Source: a virus (Duplodnaviria > Caudoviricetes). From it: DNA of 64,000 nt. The DNA lies in the IMG/VR virus record IMGVR_UViG_3300025383_000009; one strand, written 5' to 3'. The translations under genes and the position numbers were made by a program. This document shows, piece after piece, positions 58,251 to 64,000 of the stretch (positions are counted from its first letter, which is position 1; the number at the start of each line of letters is the position of its first letter). Under the pieces are notes generated by a model. The model saw only the letters and a program-made list of their open reading frames with translations. It was not told where the DNA came from and made no database searches.

Positions 58251-59855
58251 TTAGAGTCCTATCGTAGTTCTTATGTATTTTATATCAGTATAAGGACTTT
58301 GGGGCGTAAATCTTAACTCAATATAGCCTGTCCCAGACCATTGAATACGTGATACTATTAATAAAGGTGATCTACTTTCAACAGTAGATGCTACGTATAC
58401 ACCTGGGCTAGTCATGATAAACTTACTACTAAGAGTCGCTGATATAGCTCCTCCATTTAATGATATTACTGTTGTAGGTATTGCTGATAGTAATGCTTGT
58501 ACTGCTGAATTTGATGTAGAGTATATAGTTAATGTTGTTCCAGTCCAGAACGACAGAGCCGAAATGTTGATATCTGGTGATGAATAGTCATTATCTACAG
58601 GTGAGTAATACGTAGCGAATGATCCTAATGATTCACCCATACCTGCATACTCTGTAAAGAATACGTTTGCTTTATCCCATAAGAGTAATAACTCTTCAGC
58701 ATAGTAGTTTGTACCTTTTGTCAGCTGTACCTGATACTTTGCACTCCTATATATTGAGGTATCTAAGATGTCTATTAGCTGTTCATCTGTTGTGTTATTG
58801 GTGGTAAAGTCAATTACGTTGTCTACACCAATACCAGATGCACCTACAGGACCTTCGATACCTGTTGCACCTGTAATACCTATAGGTCCAGTAGCACCAG
58901 TCGCTCCAGCACCCTGTGCACCTGTGGCACCGTATGGACCAGTAGCACCTGGTAAACCTACTCCAGTTGCTCCTGCAATACCGCTTGCTCCTTGTGTACC
59001 AGAAGCACCTTGAATTCCAGTAGCACCTGTTTGACCTGTGGCACCTTGTGTACCTGTCGCTCCAGTTAAACCTGTTGAACCACTTGCACCTTGAATTCCA
59101 GTAGCACCTGTTTGACCTGTGGCACCTTGTGTACCTGTCGCTCCATCCAAACCAATAGTACCAGAAGCACCATCGATACCACTAGCTCCTTGTGGACCAG
59201 TAGCACCTGTTGCACCAGAACCTGATGCTGTTGCAGATATAGTTAATGATTGTGGGTTTGCTGAATGATCTGTTGTGATGGTGATACCAGTACCACCAAT
59301 GATATGTAGTGTATCTTCTGCTACAGCTACGAGGTCTGTCTGACCGTCTACTTTGATAGTCTTGAACGCAGAACCAAGACTTACTTTAACTTCACCGCCA
59401 CCAAGATCTGATACGTTGAATCCTGTATCCCTATCGAACCTTAGAGCGTTTACACCTGTTACTTCGTTAGTGATTGATCCTGTAGCACCACCAGTTGCAC
59501 CACTGATGTTACTTACCGTGATGTTTGCAACACCAACACCGCTCGCACCAGTTACACCGCTTGCACCTTGTGCACCGCTGGCTCCGATACCAGATGCACC
59601 TTGTGTACCTATTGCACCGCTTGCACCTTGAATGCCTTGTTGACCTTGTGCACCTGATGCACCAATACCTGAAGCGCCTTGTTCTCCTTTAGGACCTGTA
59701 GCACCGCTTGCACCCTGTGGGCCTGATGCACCACCTGTATCTCCCTGTGGGCCTGTTGCACCAGTAGGACCGGTAGCACCAAAGCCAGCACCGTTACCTG
59801 ATAGCCCTTGTATACCAACGGCCGCGACTTCTACGTATACGTCTCCTAATGCCAT
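58251..59855 (-). CDS. Collagen-like fibre protein
   Basis: GAS/GAT/GPQ triplets; YRSAKYQVQ module. Confidence 0.85.
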   Translation of the reverse strand: MALGDVYVEVAAVGIQGLSGNGAGFGATGPTGATGPQGDTGGASGPQGASGATGPKGEQGASGIGASGAQGQQGIQGASGAIGTQGASGIGASGAQGASGVTGASGVGVANITVSNISGATGGATGSITNEVTGVNALRFDRDTGFNVSDLGGGEVKVSLGSAFKTIKVDGQTDLVAVAEDTLHIIGGTGITITTDHSANPQSLTISATASGSGATGATGPQGASGIDGASGTIGLDGATGTQGATGQTGATGIQGASGSTGLTGATGTQGATGQTGATGIQGASGTQGASGIAGATGVGLPGATGPYGATGAQGAGATGATGPIGITGATGIEGPVGASGIGVDNVIDFTTNNTTDEQLIDILDTSIYRSAKYQVQLTKGTNYYAEELLLLWDKANVFFTEYAGMGESLGSFATYYSPVDNDYSSPDINISALSFWTGTTLTIYSTSNSAVQALLSAIPTTVISLNGGAISATLSSKFIMTSPGVYVASTVESRSPLLIVSRIQWSGTGYIELRFTPQSPYTDIKYIRTTIGL

Positions 59856-59864
59856 TCTTATTCC

Positions 59865-60218
59865 TTATATGATCTCTGGAGGATCAGATTGCGTTATTTG
59901 TGGTGTGAATATAATAACACCTTCTGAGACTCTTAATGATTCTCCAAAAGGTGATGTCACGTATACATCATACATGTATCTTCCAGGTTTAATCGATGCA
60001 GTATCAGCTGCAGACAATGATAGTCTTACTTGTCCACCTGTAGTAGAGTATACTTCAGCATGAAAGTCAATATGATTATGAGCTATATAAGACTTACGTA
60101 TGTAAGCCCGAGTAGTAAAACCCGATAAGTTTAGTGGCAGTCCGTCTGAACCCACCACAGTGATTACTGCACCAAAGTTTGATCCAGTGTCAATATAAAA
60201 ATTTGTTATAGCTGCCAT
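59865..60218 (-). CDS. Conserved T4-like fibre/baseplate adaptor (BppU N-terminal-like)
   Basis: NFYIDTGSNF...LNLSGF...IRKSY...GQVRLSLSAADT..IKPGRYMYDV...RVSEG. Confidence 0.65.
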   Translation of the reverse strand: MAAITNFYIDTGSNFGAVITVVGSDGLPLNLSGFTTRAYIRKSYIAHNHIDFHAEVYSTTGGQVRLSLSAADTASIKPGRYMYDVYVTSPFGESLRVSEGVIIFTPQITQSDPPEII

Positions 60219-60224
60219 AGTTAT

Positions 60225-60232
60225 TATTTATA
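60225..60232 (-). promoter_or_regulatory. Late promoter TATAAATA
   Basis: Exact consensus. Confidence 0.65.
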
Positions 60233-60246
60233 CGACACTGGTTCCT

Positions 60247-61623
60247 TTAAATTGGTTGTATGCTTATAATCTTCTTACCAGTCTTAGGTTCTGGTATCCC
60301 TTTTACAGCTCCGATGATGTCTTTTCTAGACTCATCAAGGTCTCCGTCAATATAGTATGGGAGACATCCTGTTAACATCTCAAACGCAGCCATGAAGAAC
60401 GGTATGTTATCAGAGTAAGCGTTATCACATGCTAGGCTCCACATATCTCCATGTAAAAACATGCATGAACCTTGACATATCTGTAATACTGGACATGTAG
60501 GACACTCTTCTCTATGACTCCAGTGTGTACTAGTCTTTAACTTGATGTTGTCAAAGTCATTAACGTTACCGATAAGGTGACTCTCACCATTAAATCCTAT
60601 AGCTACAGAGCTAACGTTTTGACATGTTAGCACGTTACCTTTTAAATCTACTGCAATATTGTGTTCATCATCCATCGTACACTTCTGACCTACAGCAACA
60701 GCTGGTCTTTTGGTTTGTATAGATGTTATGAACTCGTTGATCTTCTTCTTAGTGGCACCAACATTAGTTCCAAGTCCACTTCTTACTTCTTTAAACGTAT
60801 TAGCTCGATAGTTAAGGTGATCGTGTTCATCAGTAAAACAAACGCTAGCACCACCTTCATCATATGGATCAATGAACCCACCTTCTCCGATAGGTACATC
60901 AAACCCAAGTTTATCTTTAAACCATTGACTTATGGCTGCACGGCTTTGGTTATCTTTATTCACCATAGCGTTAAAGCTCATACGATTCTTTGGTCCTAAC
61001 CTATTCCATAGATCCATGATCATCGCGAATTGTTCTGGATCATCGAATGGGTCTAACCCTCTAACATGATAACCTGGTCCATCATGTGATATACCAACAC
61101 TAAACCCTAAGTTATCAAGCCATTCATTCTTTTCTAAGTCTAATATAGTACCATTAGTCACTATACCAAATGCTATGTTTGGATACATCTTCCTCATGCC
61201 TTCAGCAAGAGGCTTTAGACTCTTCCAATATACAAAGGGCTCACCACCCCAAAATTCTACTTTAACTCCAGTACCGTCTTTATTATCACCACCATCAAAC
61301 CATGTTGGTAGTTGATCTAAGAACGGACCTACATCATCCTTTGTCATCTCATCAGCTTTAGGTACAAACCTTTGACTGCAGTAGACACATTCATAATTAC
61401 AAGATAAGCCTAGCTGTATCTTGAGGATCTTAATATCTTTACTCTTTTTTGCTGGAGTGTCTTTACTTGTAGTAAACACTTCTTTATAGGAACGAGTATT
61501 ACCGTTACTAAAATCTATCACGTTTCCATTTGCATCTGATATCTCAGAAGTCATGTTATCATACCAAAACTCTACATCTTCATTTGTTACAGGTCTCACA
61601 CATTTTATATTAAACTTCGCCAT
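60247..61623 (-). CDS. Radical SAM/SPASM-domain enzyme (anSME/AslB-like peptide or protein maturase)
   Basis: CNYECVYC (CxxxCxxC), FWGGEP, TNGT, ISHDGP; SPASM cysteines KC...GNVLTC...ECPTCPVLQICQGSC...AC. Confidence 0.92.
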   Translation of the reverse strand: MAKFNIKCVRPVTNEDVEFWYDNMTSEISDANGNVIDFSNGNTRSYKEVFTTSKDTPAKKSKDIKILKIQLGLSCNYECVYCSQRFVPKADEMTKDDVGPFLDQLPTWFDGGDNKDGTGVKVEFWGGEPFVYWKSLKPLAEGMRKMYPNIAFGIVTNGTILDLEKNEWLDNLGFSVGISHDGPGYHVRGLDPFDDPEQFAMIMDLWNRLGPKNRMSFNAMVNKDNQSRAAISQWFKDKLGFDVPIGEGGFIDPYDEGGASVCFTDEHDHLNYRANTFKEVRSGLGTNVGATKKKINEFITSIQTKRPAVAVGQKCTMDDEHNIAVDLKGNVLTCQNVSSVAIGFNGESHLIGNVNDFDNIKLKTSTHWSHREECPTCPVLQICQGSCMFLHGDMWSLACDNAYSDNIPFFMAAFEMLTGCLPYYIDGDLDESRKDIIGAVKGIPEPKTGKKIISIQPI

Positions 61624-61643
61624 TTCATGTCCTTAATTATAAA

Positions 61644-62288
61644 TTATAATGTAACGTAATTCCTTACAGATTCAACAACCTTTATGTTAGTAACTAATGC
61701 AATAGTATCAACGCTTCCTAAGTTAACTTCAGTAGTATGGAATATTGAAGAAGGATGTATAGTAAATGTTCCTAGTACAGGACTTATTGGGAATAACATC
61801 TCATGATTCAATAATCTACTTCTTGAAGAAATAGGATCGATTATGTGTAACCTATTTCCTGCAGGTTTTTGATGAGTATTATTATTTGGAAAGTCTGTGA
61901 CTTCCATAGATACCCATAAAACTGCCACGTAGTCAACGCTTCTATGATTGTGAGGCTTTGCATACTCACCAGGAGCAAACTTACGTAAGCTAGTGATAGC
62001 TTCAAACTCTACTTCTTCTGGATTAATAAAACCTTCAGCTGCAGCTAACTGAGCCATCCTAGATTTTAACATACTTTTAAATAGCTGGCATTCTGGACGA
62101 GGATCAGCTAGTAAGTTATAAGCTGCCTCTTTTGACTTACGCATATAATAAGGGACATGAGCCTCAGGATGCTGAGCTTCATATTCTTCACCAATACTAA
62201 TAATATTCTTTAAAAAATCATCAGTAGCTTCAACCGCTCTTTGTTCAATAAGAATATTGGTTGGCCATAGTTGTGCAATATTAGTCAA
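61644..62288 (-). CDS. Fe(II)-dependent oxygenase, TIGR02466-like double-stranded beta-helix
   Basis: PGEYAKPHNH...YVAVLW...L..IDP...HPSSIFHTT. Confidence 0.7.
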   Translation of the reverse strand: MTNIAQLWPTNILIEQRAVEATDDFLKNIISIGEEYEAQHPEAHVPYYMRKSKEAAYNLLADPRPECQLFKSMLKSRMAQLAAAEGFINPEEVEFEAITSLRKFAPGEYAKPHNHRSVDYVAVLWVSMEVTDFPNNNTHQKPAGNRLHIIDPISSRSRLLNHEMLFPISPVLGTFTIHPSSIFHTTEVNLGSVDTIALVTNIKVVESVRNYVTL

Positions 62289-63057
62289 GTGTTACTACCT
62301 TAGTAGATACGCCAGTCCAGTATTTGTATCCAGTTTTAATTGTTACTACTTCACCAGCATTTAATCCAGTAGTGTCTAAGTTAAATGTACCACCATTCGT
62401 TACACGTGATCTATTAATTACACCAATATCAGATGAAAGATAAACCGTAGTGTTTGCTGGAGCCGTCACTGTATATGCATGTGTATCACCAGCTTTAATA
62501 GTACTTGGTCCATTAACTATGATAGGTAACCATGATTCTAAGAATGCATGCATCGATACTATAGATGTAGATGAAGGAGCTGATCCGTTAACTGTGATGT
62601 TTGCACCATCTCTAAATATGATAGTTAGTTCGCTGGTAGGACAATCCTTATATGGTGTTAAGATATACAAGTAACCATATGAAGAGTATCTACTGTTGAT
62701 AACTGACCATGGTGAACCTGGATATGTTTTACCTTCTGCCGCTGGTGTCACATCAGTTTTTTGATAGATCATACCTGGATCACCTCCGCCCTTTTCACTT
62801 AATGAAAGTTGTGTAGTCTCCATAGCCATGAATTCTTGAGTATCTGGGATATGCATTGCTTTTGGAAACAACGCGATACATCCATGATCCTGAGAATATT
62901 TTTGTACTAGTTCTGCTAGATTGAATGTACCAACAGCATTGGTTGTTCCAATTGCAGTAACAGTAGTATCAGAAATCTCCAATGTCAAGATATCATTTTT
63001 GATAGTGACATCGTTTTTTGATAACGTTCTTGTTGTACTTAGTGAGTAAAAATTCAT
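62281..63057 (-). CDS. Hypothetical protein in the radical SAM operon (beta-rich, Ig-like C-terminus)
   Basis: Overlaps the oxygenase start; C-terminal IIVNGPSTIKAGDTHAYTV. Confidence 0.65.
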   Translation of the reverse strand: MNFYSLSTTRTLSKNDVTIKNDILTLEISDTTVTAIGTTNAVGTFNLAELVQKYSQDHGCIALFPKAMHIPDTQEFMAMETTQLSLSEKGGGDPGMIYQKTDVTPAAEGKTYPGSPWSVINSRYSSYGYLYILTPYKDCPTSELTIIFRDGANITVNGSAPSSTSIVSMHAFLESWLPIIVNGPSTIKAGDTHAYTVTAPANTTVYLSSDIGVINRSRVTNGGTFNLDTTGLNAGEVVTIKTGYKYWTGVSTKVVTLD

Positions 63058-63081
63058 TGTTTTTTCCTTTTTATCTATTTA

Positions 63082-63447
63082 TTAGCAATTACATGCACAG
63101 TTACAGTTATAGTTTTGTAAAGTTAAAGCTCCGGAAGCACCAGTAGCACCGTTCCAATATAATCCCCAAACTCCACTTGTAAGGTGACCTACTCCTCCTC
63201 TTCCGCTACCGCATGCGCTAATAACACCACTGTTAAGGTTATCACCGCTTATGAGGTTTCCAGCTGATAAGAATGGTCCATAGTTACCAAGATCATTAGT
63301 AAACTGACTTAGTGCTGTTGGTCTTCCAACTATACCTGTGGCTCCTGTAGCGCCTGATGCACCTACAGTGCCCCATACAAATGATGCTGTACTTAAAGTA
63401 GTACCATCACCAAATTTTATATCACCATTTTCTAATATCGTTGCCAT
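63082..63447 (-). CDS. Small fibre-like protein with C-terminal NCNCACNC tail (candidate rSAM substrate)
   Basis: Ends LQNYNCNCACNC*; shares FGDxTTLS and LSQFTNxLGNY with its neighbour. Confidence 0.8.
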   Translation of the reverse strand: MATILENGDIKFGDGTTLSTASFVWGTVGASGATGATGIVGRPTALSQFTNDLGNYGPFLSAGNLISGDNLNSGVISACGSGRGGVGHLTSGVWGLYWNGATGASGALTLQNYNCNCACNC

Positions 63448-63456
63448 TTATTATCC

Positions 63457-63960
63457 TTAGCAGTTACAGTTGCAATTACAATTATTAGCATTGATTGACA
63501 AAGTTGTACCATTCCAGTTTAAGTGTCTTGGACCATATTCATTATATGCATAGTAACCTGATAATGTCATCTGATAAAGTTTTGTACTAGCTAAATTTTG
63601 TGAAACGCTGACCACATATACTCCAGTACCTCCTGTAGCGCCTGAAGTCTGTGATACAAAATATGTACCGTTTGCAACACCAACACCGTTTAATGCATTA
63701 GGACCAAGATTATTGCCGATAGCTATGCTACCAGATATGATACTTGTTACAGTTAGATTGGTTCCTGATATACTTCCAATAAAAACTGCAGCATGACTTA
63801 AATTATCAATTGTAATAAATGGATAGTAGTTGCCAAGATTATTAGTAAACTGACTAAGATTAGTAGGAGCACTAGTTAATTGTGATTGTGTAACATTTGC
63901 AGAAGATAGTGTGGTGTTATCTCCAAAAACTAATGATCCATTTGTTATTTTTGTTGACAT
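63457..63960 (-). CDS. Small fibre-like protein with C-terminal NCNCNCNC tail (candidate rSAM substrate)
   Basis: Ends NANNCNCNCNC*; has no other Cys. Confidence 0.8.
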   Translation of the reverse strand: MSTKITNGSLVFGDNTTLSSANVTQSQLTSAPTNLSQFTNNLGNYYPFITIDNLSHAAVFIGSISGTNLTVTSIISGSIAIGNNLGPNALNGVGVANGTYFVSQTSGATGGTGVYVVSVSQNLASTKLYQMTLSGYYAYNEYGPRHLNWNGTTLSINANNCNCNCNC

Positions 63961-63968
63961 CTATTATC

Positions 63969-64000
63969 CTAACAATTACAGTTACAGTTACAGTTGCAAT
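63969..64000 (-). CDS. 3' end of a third (Asn-Cys)n-tailed ORF, truncated by the window edge
   Basis: Minus strand reads xAT TGC AAC TGT AAC TGT AAC TGT AAT TGT TAG = ...CNCNCNCNC*. Confidence 0.8.
   Translation of the reverse strand, partial: CNCNCNCNC

Noticed and set aside
47884-59818. Many long plus-strand and alternate-frame ORFs (APVAPVAP..., VQQVLQV...) over the collagen genes
   Set aside because: They are shadows of the Gly-X-Y codon periodicity, lack an RBS, and run against the uniform minus-strand organisation.
60247-61623. Radical SAM enzyme as PqqE acting on the phage PqqA
   Set aside because: It is 57 kb from pqqA with no PqqD/B/C nearby, and its immediate neighbours are the (NC)n-tailed ORFs. 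It cannot be excluded biochemically, but context argues against it.
63969-64000. CAGTTA hexamer run read as a simple microsatellite
   Set aside because: It encodes an in-frame Asn-Cys tail ending at TAG, with synonymous variation, matching the two neighbouring genes.

Overview
A 64-kb segment of a large T4-like myovirus genome (cyanophage/pelagiphage-like gene order). Essentially all real genes lie on the minus strand. Low coordinates hold replication and recombination genes (regA, gp62/44/45, CobS/VWA pair, gp46/47, gp55, uvsW/uvsY) and a small island of host-like genes: Hsp20, an RNAP omega-like protein, ribosomal protein bS21, and a 23-aa PqqA precursor missed by the ORF track; an erpA gene lies further on, near gp55. 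Together these point to a betaproteobacterial, possibly methylotrophic, host. The middle is the head/tail morphogenesis block (gp3, 23, 22, 21, 67-like, 20, 19, 18, 17, 15, 14, 13); gp21 appears to start at AUU and gp16 is missing from its usual slot. Next comes a surface-modification island (APS kinase-like, sulfotransferase, glycosyl- and methyltransferases, oxygenases, three 7-repeat RCC1 propellers) and four Gly-Ala-Thr collagen-like fibre genes. The strongest candidate for a new system is at the right end: at least three tandem, paralogous, fibre-like ORFs ending in (Asn-Cys)n tails, directly upstream of an unknown protein, an Fe(II) oxygenase-like protein and a radical SAM/SPASM enzyme. 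This resembles a RiPP-type maturation system acting on virion proteins. All product calls come from motif recognition by eye; no database search was run.
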